A stretch of 64,000 nt of DNA from Mobula birostris. Lineage: Eukaryota. Made by a program: the position numbers and the translations under genes. Below are positions 1-11,839 of the stretch, piece after piece. The stretch covers positions 3,081,665 through 3,145,664 of the forward strand of contig NC_092384.1 of NCBI RefSeq assembly GCF_030028105.1, given 5' to 3'. Numbering within the stretch: the first letter of the stretch is position 1; every line of letters starts with the position of its first letter. The notes under the pieces are model-generated. The model saw only the letters and a program-made list of their open reading frames with translations, did no database searches and had not been told where the DNA came from.

Positions 1-1500
1 AAAAGGAAGTAAATGAAAAAAAAGGCGCCAACACTTATCAAAGTCTAAGTTCTTCGTGCACAACTGTTGGAGCTCAATCAATTCCTGACGACCACCCGGA
101 CCCTGTCGACTCACGGCTCGGGACCACCCGGAGTGATCAACCGGAACCTCTCTGCATGTCCGCCATCCTCCCCGTCTCTCCTCCGACTCCCCGTCTCTCC
201 ACTGTCCTCCCTGTCTCTCCACTGTCCTCCCCGTCTCTCCACCGTCCTCCCTGTCTCCCCTCCGACCCCCCGTCTCCCCTCCAACTCCCCACCAAAAAAC
301 CCCGTCCACCGTCCTCCCCGTCTCTCCTCCGACTCCCCTTCTCTCCTCCGACTCCCCTTCTCTCCTCCGACTCCCCTTCTCTCCTCCGACTCCCCTTCTC
401 TCCTCCGACTCCCCTTCTCTCCTCCATCCTCCCCGTCTCTCCTCTGACTCCCCGTCTCTCCTCTGACTCCCCGTCTCTCCTCTGACTCCCCGTCTCTCCT
501 CTGACTCCCTGTCCCTCCTCTGACTCCCCGTCCCTCCTCCGTCCTCCCCGTCTCTCCACCGTCCTCTCCGTCTCTCCTCCGAGTCCCCGTCTTTCCGCCG
601 TCCTTCTCATCTCTCCTCCGACTCCCCACCAAAAACCCGTCCACCGTCCTCCCCGTCTCTCCTCCGACTCCCCCCAAAACCCCGTCCGCCGTCCTCCTCG
701 TCTCTCCTCCGACTCCCCGGTAAAAACCCCGTCCACTGTCCTCCTCATCTCTCCTCCGACTCTCCGCCAAAACCCTGTCCACCGTCCTCCTCGTCTCTCC
801 TCTGACTCCCCGCCAAAAACCCCCGCACGTCCACCGTCCTCCCCGTCTCTCCTCCGACTCCCCCCAAAACCCCGTCCGCCGTCCTCCTCGTCTCTCCTCC
901 GGCTCCCCGGTAAAAACCCCATCCACCGTCCTCCTCGTCTCTCCTCCGACTCCCCGCCAAAAACCCCCGCACGTCCACCGTCCTCCCCGTCTCTCCTCCG
1001 ACTCCCCCCAAAACCCCGTCCGCCATCCTCCTCGTCTTTCCTCCGGCTCCCCGGTAAAAACCCCATCCACTGTCCTCCCCGTCTCTCCTCCGACTCCTCC
1101 CAAAACCCAGTCCGCCGTCCTCCTCGTCTCTCCTCCGACTCCCCGGTAAAAACCCCATCCACCGTCCTCCTCGTCTCTCCTCCAACTCCCCGGCAAAAAC
1201 CCCGTCCACCGTCTCCCCGTCTCTCCTCCGACTCCCCCCAAAACCCCGTCCGCCGTCCTCCCTGTCTCTCCTCCGACTCCCTGCCAAAAACCCCGTCCCC
1301 AGTCATATGAGACAGCATTGTATCCGAAAACAATACATGACCACCCGTTGGCTAATAACACCCTGCTGTCTGTATTAACCCAAGCAACTGTCTCGCTAGA
1401 GACTTTCTCAGCATTTAACATAACAGAAGCATTCCCCAGTATAACATAACAAAGAAGCCATTTTAATTTAACATACAAAAAAAATGAAAGACCCCGTACA
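1..1500 (-). mobile_element. Gypsy LTR (family A, same as 9909-10602), cut by the window start and carrying an expanded internal minisatellite
   Basis: 1-80 (aaggcgcc-acacttatcaaagt...gtgcacaa-gttggagctcaa) and 1390-1500 (actttctcagc...gtataacataacaaagaagccattttaat...gaaagaccccgtaca) match the LTRs at 9909-10602 and 13254-13949. The terminal CA is at 1499-1500 and no PPT follows, so this is a solo or 5-prime LTR. Confidence 0.8.
165..1300. repeat. C-rich minisatellite with ~19-nt core ccccgtctctcctccgact, longer 44-55 nt variant units and a 144-bp higher-order period
   Basis: Direct reading: near-perfect 19-mers at ~330-420; cgccaaaaacccccgcacgtcc recurs at 811 and 955 (offset 144). Confidence 0.95.
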
Positions 1501-1559
1501 CTAATATCCAACCAGTAAAGTAATATGACACACATCCCACACGGACTTCTGCTAAGCTT

Positions 1560-1960
1560 GAGCAACACACACAAAATGCAGGTGAAACTGAGCAAGGCAG
1601 GTAGCATCTACTGAGGAGAACGGTCAATTGACCTTTCAGGCCGAGACACCATTGGGACTGGAAAGGAATGGGGCAGAAGCCTGAACGAGAACGTAGGGAA
1701 TGGGAGAGAGTGTAAGTTGGAAGTGATAGATGAGATCAGTTGAGGAGGAAGGTGGCTGGGTGAGGGAGAGAGGAATGGAGTTGGAAACTACCCGGACAGA
1801 TATGAGATTTCGCTTCCCCAACCTGGCTGGTCCTGGAGCAGTCTGTTGCCCTGCCTAAAGTGTCATGGAATGGAGAGGAGTACACTACAGCAAGGCTATG
1901 CTGAACCAGCTAAAAAGCAAATCAAAAACACACACTTCATGCATCCAGGACTCAGAGTAA
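1560..1960 (-). mobile_element. Penelope-like element terminal fragment
   Basis: agcaacacacacaaaatgc...gcatctac...gacctttcaggccgagac is the reverse orientation of the terminus at 37850-37960, which follows a GIY-YIG C-terminal motif. Confidence 0.55.
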
Positions 1961-2004
1961 AATCTTGCCCCTTGCATCCCTCATGAACCTATCCCATCTC
2001 ACCT

Positions 2005-2500
2005 TCAATGAATGCCCTCTGGTATTAGACATTTCAACCCTGTCCACTCTGTCTGTGCCTCTCATAATCTTGTAAACCTCTATCAGATCTTCCCTCAGCC
2101 TCCGACGCTTCAGAGAAAACAACCCACATTTATGCTGCTACCACTTCTCTCACTATCACCAGTGAGGCTTATTCCAGCACCTCCATTAGTACCTTAAGTG
2201 ACATACATGGTTAAAAGAACAGCCGCAGGGAGCTTGCTGTACCTGCCTGTCCCTCCTGGTGGGTCCCCATTATCTGACTGAGCCTATTGTGTGACCACTT
2301 CCCTGGAACTCCTATTAGTAACATGCTCTGCCTCCTGTCGGTTCCTCAGTGAGTTCAACAGCTCTACATACCGATCTGTGCAGCCTGAGAGGAACTGCAG
2401 CGGGATACATTCCCTGTAAACGCAGTCACTAGGGAACTTTTACCACATCTGACAAGGCAAATATACCAATCTACTGACTGACATTCCGGACCTGTTAACA
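2005..2500 (-). mobile_element. Degraded CR1 fragments (RT C-terminus and probable ORF1 remnant)
   Basis: 2010-2120 resembles the CR1 3-prime ORF2 segment seen better preserved at 14900-15050. Confidence 0.4.
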
Positions 2501-3229
2501 GCTAGTGGAATGCAAAAAAAAACAGGAAAAAGATGTACTTTGCCTTCCCTAGTTGCTACTTGCTCCTGTTACCAAAACTCGGCTTTCATCAAAGTCAGCA
2601 ATCTGACCTCAGCAATAACAGTTTGAAACTCAAGCCAACCCTATCCAATATATTTACTCTCTCTGTCTCTCCTTTTTTGCTGATAGGCCTCACAGTAAAC
2701 AATCCAACATTCCATCACCTCATACATGCCAATTGTGTTGGAGACCAGTGTAAAATTGTTGAAATGAAATCAATGCCTTTTCATATTTATACCCAAGATT
2801 TCAAAGTTCAGTTATATTTCTTTTTAAATTTTCTGAAGTTAGCTTTTATCATTCAGGAGCAACAACAATTAAAGGGAAGTGATTATATGGCATCACATAT
2901 ATAAACTGTGGTTAGTGGTGGACTGTAAATCGGCACATTATACCATAGGAACATGCTGGTGAACACAGCAGGAACATGACAGCTTTAAAGAGGATCAGGA
3001 AGCTCTATGATCAAGTCCTGCACCGTCAATTGTATGACCTCTATTGACTTCCACACCTTCTCCAACTCACTTAGACTACTTCTGACACCTCTTTCCACCT
3101 GAAGGAACATTTACTATGAACCCACTGACTTCAACAGCTCCTTAGATTATATCTCTTCCCACCTTGTCTCTTATATGGTTGCCTTAATTCATTTCCGTCA
3201 ATTTCTTCATCTCCTTTCCAAAACATTTG

Positions 3230-3640
3230 AAATGCTTTTTTTTCATGTAACATGATTTCCCTTTACTGTGTTCAATAGAGCCCTCTCTTGCATTTCGTCC
3301 ATTTCTCAGAGTTCTGTTCTCACACCAACATCCCCCTCCCCGGCCAAAAAATTGCAAAGATGGAGTTCCCTTAGTCCTCAATATTCACCCCGTAACCAAC
3401 TCCAGTAAGATCCTGTCACCCAGTCACCTCTTCCCCTGATTTGTCCCTTCCTCCTTCCAGAGGGACCAACCCCTCCGTAAGCCACTCAACATCCCTCCCC
3501 CTCCCCCTCTTGGGCATTTTCGCCTGCAACCAGACAAAGGGCAGCACTTCTTTCTGCACATTCTCTCTCATCTCAATCCAGGGACTTAAACTGCCCTTCT
3601 AGGTGAGGTAAAGATTCACGTGAACCTTTCTACACTTCGT
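3230..3640 (+). mobile_element. Degenerate Penelope-like RT/GIY-YIG remnant
   Basis: gatggagttcccttagtcctc (GVPLVL, the VPLVLTYHP-type motif) and downstream similarity to Penelope ORF ends; many stops and frameshifts. Confidence 0.45.
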
Positions 3641-4059
3641 GATGAGCAAATGCATGGTGGTGGCCATTGTGCTGCTTTCCCGGTGGAAGAAGCACCCAGA
3701 ACATGCAGCCTGGTTCACAGACAGATGGCCAAAATTTTGGGGGCCAGCTGTCCATGGAAAAGAAGTATTAGACATTCGACATGGTAAAGAGACAAAGATA
3801 TACTTCTACTGAAAACTAAACGAGCAACTATTCATTTGACTTCACGGGAGGACGGGCAGCACATGAGCAGCAGAATATTCCAATACTGGGAGACTCAGTT
3901 CGAGTCTGGTGTAACCTATTAAACATTTAGTCATAGTTTGCTTTAGATTTAACAAACCCATCAGTCAGCTTTAATGGAACTACACATGACACTTAATATC
4001 TGTGTCAATAGCACCTACTTGAAAACAATTTGTAAGATAACGTAAAAGTGTGCCAATTG

Positions 4060-4260
4060 TTTTCAATTTAGGCAAACTCAGAGGTCTTAAGGTGGATAAG
4101 TCACCTGGGCCAGATGGATTAGATCCCAGAATCTTGAGATATATTTCTGAAGAGATAACGGATGTATTGGTCATGATCTTTCAAGAATCACTGAAGGACT
4201 AGAGGGTTGCAAATGTCACTCCACTCTTTAAGAAGGGAGGAAGACAAAAGAAAAGAAATT
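4060..4260 (+). mobile_element. Old CR1 ORF2 fragment
   Basis: Plus strand reads KVDKSPGPDGLDPRIL...EEITDVLVMIFQES, the CR1 pre-RT motif also seen at 33050-33130. Confidence 0.65.
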
Positions 4261-4261
4261 A

Positions 4262-4370
4262 TAGCAACACATACAAAATGCTGGAGGAACTCATCAGGTC
4301 TGCCGAAGGGTTTTGGCCCGAAATGTCAACTGTACTCTTTCCTGTAGATGCTGCCTGGCTCGCTGGGATG
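4262..4370. mobile_element. Penelope-like terminus in inverted (head-to-head) arrangement
   Basis: gcaacacatacaaaatgctggaggaactc (one orientation) is joined to gaagggttttggcccgaaatgtcaactgt...gatgctgcctgg (the opposite orientation). Confidence 0.5.
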
Positions 4371-4799
4371 CACAGGCCATTCCTTTTCAGGCTATGAAGA
4401 TATTGAGATCCTGGGGTATGTTTCATTCTTTTGGAATGCTTTCACTTTCAACCCTCCAGAAGCCATATCTGATGGGTTGCTTGGAGGTTTTTCATACCCC
4501 CATTGAGACACCTGTGAGACCTTAAACATTTCTGAAAGTCTGTTTACAATGAAGGCTCGGATCCTGGAAGTTATATTCTTGATATATTTCAGCACTGAAG
4601 TTCTATTAGTCCAAACACTGAGCCATGCAGCTGCAGTGCAAATTTTTCCTCCTCAATGTGTCCGTACGGCTTGTCATTGTATCAGCTGTAAACTCTATAC
4701 GAAGCATGGAAACTGAATTCAATTGAGCTACCCTAGATTGCTATTCCTTTTCATGCAATGTGACACATCGGTGGAATTTTTGCCAATTCTATAGCATTT

Positions 4800-4940
4800 A
4801 TCTGTTTTTTATGAGGCTGAGTTGCTAGCTTGATATTCAACACAGCATGGATGGAAAGCATGTAAGGAGCCAGCCAGATTCAAACTCTGGACCATTCGCT
4901 CCGAAGTCCAGTGCTCATGCCACTACACCACCAGCCGACT
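4800..4940 (-). mobile_element. tRNA-derived SINE
   Basis: Minus strand starts agtcggctggtggtgtagtggcatgagcactggacttcggagcgaatggtccagagtttgaatc, with Pol III A-box (TGGTGTAGTGG) and B-box (GAGTTTGAATC)-like motifs. Confidence 0.65.
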
Positions 4941-4944
4941 AACC

Positions 4945-7620
4945 CTAGATTTTTCCATGATAAAAACACTGTGCACCTGAGTGTGCATGTTGTGCAACAA
5001 TAGGTAGGTCACTGTTCCATAGACATCTTCATTTGCATCTGTAAAGTGGTGCTGTAGCTGTGCAGCAGTAATTTCTCCGAGGTATAGGGGCTTCAAACAT
5101 CTAACAGCCTTGAAGTTTTCCAACCGGCAAAGTTCTTCTACTGATGAGCAACTGATGTTGGTATAATGTCATCCCAGTCAAGCTCTTTCTTGCATAGATT
5201 TTGTAGGATCATCCTAGCAAATGTCATCACTGGACTCAAGATTCCTAAAGGATCATAGATGGAACTAACTGTGGAGAGGATCCCCCTTCTGGAGAATGGT
5301 TTATCTTGGATTGTGATCTTAAACTTGGAAGTATCAGAGTGAATGCATGATTGTACACCCAGGATGGTCTCCACTGAAGGTCTATCTTGATCAAGTCCAA
5401 ATTCTTCATATCTTTAGCTCTTTGCTCTTCTGGTGTCACAGCTCTATTTCTCTTGCTTATCCGCTTTGAGAGTCAAAAACCGCCTTTAGCACAAATGGAT
5501 ACAAGATCTTGATAGAGAGACACCGCTTCTCCTTCAGAGGACACTGACACAAGTCAGTCATCAACATAAAAGCTACGAAAAACGTTATCCACCGTCTCAT
5601 AGCTGAAATGCTCTTCATTGACTTTCACGCATTTGCTAAGTGATGAAAGAAATGTGCCACCATTCTAAAGTCCACCATATCTTGACTAATGTTGCCATCG
5701 AGCCACCAGAGACACCTTATGAGATCTGTATCTTCTGCAGATACTTTAACATGAAATATTGATTCAATATCTGCCATGATCACCACTGGTTCTTTTTCTG
5801 AATATGGTTATGACTCCATTTAATGAACTAGTAAGATCATTTCCCTGTAAATGCTGAGCATTAAGTGATTTCCCCTGAAAAGTGGCTCCACAGGCAAAGG
5901 CAACATGAAGTTCTCTTTTTCTGGAATGGTAAACACCATGATATGGAATACACCAGACTTTCCTATTGCCGTGTTCAAGATCCTCTGCTGGCTCTCTTTT
6001 AGCATAACCTTTGAAGATTATGTTCTTAATGAAAACTGTGTAGTTAGTGTGAAATGACACATCCTTTTCAAACTTCTTCCTTAGATTTAGAGCATGGAAG
6101 GCAATGGCAAACCACTGCTATAACTTGCCTCGGACGTGAATGCCCACTACGTCAGAGAGGCGTGGAAGGAACCACTAACCAGAGAAACTCCGGATGCGAT
6201 GTACCTTTCCTTATTCTGCAACCACCTTATTACTTGGCATGCTAACTTCCTTCTTTCTCAAAGGTAAACTAGTCTGGTAGTGGGCATCCACCAGGTTTGC
6301 AGAATTCATAGCCAGCTCGATGATCTTCACTTGACAAACCAAGTTGACATTGTGACTACATTCATGAAAGTCTGCCTCAAACTGCCTCTGCAAAAGCTCA
6401 TCCAAGTTCAAGACTGAGATCCCGTTAACTGTCAGCTCTGCCTGTGCACAGTGTCTTGTATCACCATTATCTCCTTTCAGTGCTCCATTCATAGTCCAAC
6501 TCGACATTATTCTAATTGCATGAAGTCCATTATTAACTCTGTGAATCATTTGTAATATCTCCACATTCGTCCATGTCAGCAACTCAATTTCCATATTGAT
6601 CTCTGGTAAATGGGTATGTTTCAGGGGTGATCATTCTTGGAGATTCCCCTGTTCCCTCCGTGGACACAGATACTTTCTTGGGTATAGATATTTGGTAGTT
6701 CACAAAAGTTTTCACCATCTCAGCCTGCCACTCCAATCCTGAAATAATGAAGCCTTGATCCACGCTGCATTAGGGAATGCATATCCTTTTTCTTATGAGA
6801 TTGAGCTTGTTTATTAAGCCTTGTGCACAGAAGCACTGTACTCCCTGACCTACTGTCTTGTTACCGTTCTTAGACTTCATTTGTACTGCAATTATCAGAA
6901 GTTTACAAACATGATCCCCTGCCCCTGTAAGGCCGTGGGATACCAGGACGCTACTCCACTGTTGCGTTTGATTCGTTCACGGCTTGTTTTGACTCTTCAC
7001 ATCTTTCTTTAGAGTGAATATGAAGTATGCTGGGATGCTTGCTACTGCATATGTTGCATGAAAGATGCTATCTATAATCCTTCCTGATGTGTCCTGTACA
7101 CAAACAGCCAAAGCAGGCACAATTTTCTCTTAGGAAGGCAAACTTTTCACTATGAGCCATTTTCTCCAGCTGACGACGCGAATCCAGTGTGTGTTCACCC
7201 TTGCAGAACAGTCAGAGCCTTTTCACTAAGATCATTTCCCTTCCATTAGTTCCAAATTCAGTTTTAGCTTTACTTCTCACAGTGGCCACAGTAGTGGCAA
7301 AACTGCTTCCTTTAGCTTTATGGCAAAATTGAGACGTAGTTTTGTTCACACCTTTGGTTATTGCTGGCCATGGAGCATCCTGCATATTCCCAAATACTGG
7401 GTCTGTTTCAAACTTTACTTGCCTTTCAGTAAAACCTTCCATGTCAGTGAAAGTAGTCTTATGGTTGTGCTTTCTAAAAATTTTGCAGTTTATAGACCAG
7501 AATTCTCCATTTATCCCTAAGCATATAGGGCGATTTCTTTATAACAGTCAACATATTAGTAGGCAAATCCAACTGTTTGGATGTTCTTCCTGTCGTAAGG
7601 CGACCAGAATTGAGCTCATT
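4945..7620 (-). mobile_element. Degenerate BEL/Pao LTR retrotransposon gag-pol (RNase H, RT, protease region, gag)
   Basis: ORF fragments QLQHHFTDANEDVYGTVTYL (Pao RNase H), RRGILSTVSSIYDPLGILSP...LDWDD, KVWCIPYHGVYH...CGATFQGKSLN (BEL RT), and gag LDLPTNM..KKSPYMLRDKWR. Frameshifted throughout. Confidence 0.85.
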
Positions 7621-9495
7621 ACTCCAAGTGGGGTCTGACCGGGGTCCAATATAGCTGCAACATTACCTCTCAGCTCCTAAACTCAATCCCACGATTGATG
7701 AGGGTCAATGCACCATATGCCTTCTTAAGCACAGAGTCAACCTGTGTAGCAGCTTTGAGTGTCCTGTGGACTCGGACCCCAAGATCCCTCTGATCCTCCA
7801 CACTGCCAAGAGTCTTACCATTAATGCTATATTCTGCCATCATATTTGACCTAGCAAAATGAACCATCTCACACTTATCTGGGTTAAACTCCATCTGCCA
7901 CTTCTCAGCCCAGTTTTGCATCCTATCAATGTCCCGTTGTAACCTCTGACAGCTCTCCACACTACCCACAACACCTTCAGTCTTTGTGTCATCAGTAAAT
8001 TTACTAACCCATCCCTTCACTTCCTCATCCAGGTCATTTATAAAAATCACAAAGAGTAGGGGTCCCAGAACAGATCCCTGAGGCACACCACTGGCCATCG
8101 ACCTCCATGTCGAATATGACCCGTCTGCAACCATTCTTTGCCTTCTGTGGGCAAGCCAGTTCTGGATCCACAAAGCAATGTCCCCTTGGATCCCATGCCT
8201 CCTTACTTTCTCAATAAGCCTTGCATGGGGTACCTTATCAAATGCCTTGTTAAAATCCATATGTACTACATCTACAGTTTTACCTTCATCAATGTGTTTA
8301 GTCACATTCTCAAAAAATTCAATCAGGTTGGTAAGGCACGACCTGCTTTTGACAAAGCCATGCTGACTATTCCTAATCATATTATGCCTCTCTAAATGTT
8401 CATAAATCCTGCCTCTCAGAATCTTCTCCATCAACTTACCAACCACTGAAGTAAGACTGACTGGTCTATAACTCCCTGGGCTATCTCTACTCCCTTTCTT
8501 GAATAAGGGAACAACATCCGCAACCCTCCAATCCTCCAGAGCCTCTCCCATCCCCATTGATGATGCAAAGATCATTGCCAGAGGCTCAGCAATCTCCTCC
8601 CTCGCCTCCCACAGTAGCCTGGGCTACATCCCCTTCCGGTTCTGGTGATTTATCCAACTTGATGCTTTCCAAAAGCTGCAGCACATTCTCTTCCTTAATA
8701 TGCTCAAGCTTTTCAGTCCATTGCAAGTCATCCCTACAATCGCCAAGATTCTTTTCCGTAGTGAGTACTGAAGCAAAGTATTTATTATGTACCTCTGCTA
8801 TTCCCTGTGGTTCCATACACATTTTCCATTTTCACACTTGATTGGTCCTATTCTCTCATTTGTAAGCCCTTCTTTTCTTCTTACTAGATTTTCAACAGCC
8901 TTTGTGCACCACGGTTCCTGTACCCTACCATCCTTTCCCTGTCACATTGGATCACACCTACTCAGAACCCCACGCAAATATCTGCTGAACATTTGCCACA
9001 TTTCTTCCGTACGTTTCCCTGAGAACATCTATTTCCAATTTATGCTTCCAAGTTCCTGCCTGATAGCCTCATATTTCCCCTTACTCCAAATAAATCTTTC
9101 CCTAACCTGTCTGTTCCTATCCCTCTCCAATGCTCTGGTAAAGGAGATAGATTATGATCACTATCTCCAAAATGCACTCCCACTGAGAGACCTGACACCT
9201 GACCAGGAGTATTTCCCAATACCTGATGAAGTATAGCCTCTCCTCTGGTAGGCTTATCTATATATTGTGTCAAGAAACCTTCCTGAACACACCTAACCAA
9301 CTCTACCCCATCTAAACCCCTCACTCTAGGGAGTTGCCAATTATTATTACTCCTTTCTAGAATCTGTCTCCTTTTCTGCTCCTTGATGTGCCTGTTACTA
9401 TTGGGTGGTCTATAAAAACACCCAGTAGAGTTATTGACCCTTTCCTGTTCCTATCTTCCACCCACACAGACGCCGTAGACAACCCCTCCATGACT
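7621..9495 (-). mobile_element. CR1 LINE ORF2 fragment (EN C-half plus RT) inserted into the BEL element
   Basis: ORF 7670-8575 has YRPVSLTS, SQHGF, DFNKAFDKV, GVPQGSVLGP, FTDD; upstream fragments give EN motifs (VWVEDRNRKGSITLLGV, GDSDHN). Confidence 0.9.
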
Positions 9496-9499
9496 GGCT

Positions 9500-9905
9500 C
9501 ATGTGTCCCAAACACTTGAGGAAGAAATAAATCAATGTTGATATTGTGTTTTCGTTTCTCTCTGTGCCTTTTCAATAGAGGACCTCACGCCATAGGTCTT
9601 CCTGCTGGAAAACTTTTAGCAATCTCCACTCTTGAAGCCCTTTGCACATTAACTTTAGCCATGTGTGTGGCAATTTGCTCCTTCCATCTCCATAGTTTCA
9701 TAGCAATTAATCGTTCCTCTTGCTCCTCCAGCGCATGTTTGCCCCTCAATAATTGTTGATGTACCAGTAATGCAGTTAGTCTGTTTTAATGTGTGCAGAG
9801 GAGGTGGTAGATTCATATTTTTTTTTTCCTGCGGCAGAGCTTCAAGTGCTGCCATTTGACACATTGCCACCCGACTTCCATCATCTTGTGGGTCATCCGT
9901 TATAT
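9500..9905 (-). mobile_element. N-terminal gag coiled-coil of the same BEL/Pao element
   Basis: Minus-strand translation ALLVHQQLLRGKHALEEQEE...KEQIATHMAKVNV resembles fish BEL gag N-termini; it lies colinear with 4945-7620. Confidence 0.5.
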
Positions 9906-9908
9906 GCG

Positions 9909-10602
9909 TGTAGCCCCTCCGCCACGCTCAGGGTCGCTCGGCTCGCTGTCGTCTAGGGAAACAACCCTTGGCCCCGCCAGACTGGGGAATTAGTTTGTGT
10001 GGATGCTGTGTGATGTACCTCACCCTGCCCAAATAACAGACAATACACCAGATACGATTGAATGATTTACAGTTTATAGATATTACTGGAACTATATAAT
10101 TAATAGAGAATAAAATATAAAAGGAAAATAAAAGGCGCCACACTTATCAAAGTTCAATCTCTTCATGCACAAACCAGTTGGAGCTCAAGGACCTTCTTCT
10201 TCACCCTGTGACCCCTCGGACCACCTCGACCGGCCGCCTGGGACTAACAACGGTGGTCGACCAGACGCTCCACACGAGTCCGTCTCCGTCTCCTCGCCGA
10301 ACGTCCCGCTTGGGGTCCGACCCCGTTAGCGGACTCACAGCACCTGGTCCATCCTCTGTCTCTCTCTCCCGCCTTCTGCCCCAAAACCCCGCGCAGACAG
10401 TATCTTCAAATACACCAAAACCATAATAGCTATCCCAATTGGTTCATAACATCTCTTATCAGTAACGTGATTCAACAAACTGCTAGCGGGAAGAACTTTC
10501 TCAGCGTTTCACATAACAAGGAAGCATTCCTGAGTATAACATATCAAAGAAGCCATTTTAATTAGCCTCCGCAGTAACATAAAAGATGAAACCCCCCTTA
10601 CA
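9909..10602 (-). mobile_element. 3-prime LTR (family A)
   Basis: Starts tgtagcccc at 9909 and ends ccccttaca at 10602, directly abutting the PPT; about 90-95 percent identical by eye to 13254-13949. Confidence 0.9.
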
Positions 10603-10615
10603 CTCTCCCCTCACC
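10603..10615 (-). other. Polypurine tract GGTGAGGGGAGAG
   Basis: Reverse complement of ctctcccctcacc, immediately before the TG of the 3-prime LTR. Confidence 0.85.
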
Positions 10616-11103
10616 AAATAAATTCATGTCCTCATGACTTCTAAATAACTCGCCAAACAGTCTTGCAGACACACAACACACACATACACAGATACACACA
10701 GTGACAGTGCTCCCCCAACAGTGGACCTTACGCCCGTCCCACCGGCGCTGCATAGGCCAACCTATCTGGGAACTTCTTAACACTCCGAGACCTCCGTACC
10801 CCTCACCTAAACCCAAAAGGCTCAGACACTACTAGGGATACCTCGGACCTGCTTGCCAACTCCTCTCTCACTCAGGCCACCACTACAGCTCGGAGCCCCC
10901 CTGTCCCGTGTCTGGGGCCCCGCTTCTTTTCCTTCCTGGTCCTGCTGTAACTCAGACTGCCCACAGCTAGCCCTCCCCACTACACCTGACTCAGCGGGAG
11001 AAGGGCCAAAAGTCTCTTCCTCAATCACGGAGAAGTTAGCGAACGACAGCATATACCACATGTCCAGCACATCATCCTTCGAATCCGTATCCTTCCTCAT
11101 TCC

Positions 11104-11723
11104 CTCGATCGGTAGCTGCTGTTTAAGTTTCTCCAAACTGAAACATTTAGCCAGGGCTACCCCTTCAGCCTCCTGCAGTCGAGACGTCAGCTTCTTCGGG
11201 GACTCCTTCAACTCTCGCCACAGCCTCAGCAGTTCTGACTCAGGGTTCTTGGCCATCTCAATCTGGGACGCAGTTACCCCACCAGCTTCTTCCACCCGGA
11301 CCTGAAAAGCAGCAGTTAAAGAATGTTCAGCCTCCGGTTGTTTCTTCCTGAGGGCGTCTTCCAGGTCAACTTTCAGTTTTTCCACTTCATTTAAACTCGC
11401 GACAGTCATCTTCAGGTTCCTTTCGAGCGTCCGCCTCCCTTTTCCGAGATCTGTCCTCCATTTCTTCACCTCCTCGGGAGTGTAGTCAAACTCCCCTCCC
11501 TGGGCTCTCGGTTTTCTGTTGGTCTTAGTGAGAACACTTCCTTGATCTTCCCCAACTTGTAAGTCTTCTGCTGATCCCTTCGAAGGTGGGTCATTTTTTC
11601 TTCTCGCTGGATTAATTCATCAGTACATGACCGCAGTGTGAAGTAAATCCCCTCTCTTCCCTGGGTCTCATTCAGATCGACGACCTGGGTTTCCATCCCC
11701 AGGTCCACCACCGTCTGTTCCAA
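11104..11723 (-). pseudogene. Transduced sarcomeric myosin heavy-chain rod fragment (internally deleted, one frameshift)
   Basis: Translates to [19 protein letters not shown]...[105 protein letters not shown]. These match, in order, the recalled MYH7 segments DDLQAEEDKVNTLTK...[48 protein letters not shown] and [32 protein letters not shown]. Confidence 0.8.
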
Positions 11724-11839
11724 CACCAGGAAGTTCAACTGGTATGTCGGGTCATTTTTCTCACATTGCACCAAACTCCTCCGGCCAAAATCTCCTCCAC
11801 ATTTGACACTTCGCTTCGGTCGCCCGGGCTTCGCCAGTC

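Noticed and set aside
165-1300. Regularly spaced repeats superficially like a CRISPR array
   Set aside because: There are no unique spacers (the units are variants of one core), the context is a eukaryotic LTR, and no cas genes are present.
67-1607. Long ORFs (up to 498 aa) rich in G/R/E or P/S
   Set aside because: They are translations of the stop-poor minisatellite inside an LTR and carry no domain signal.
10822-11469. Coiled-coil ORF as a possible env or accessory gene
   Set aside because: It has no signal peptide, fusion peptide or TM; the myosin-specific motifs and the retained integrase tail explain it better.
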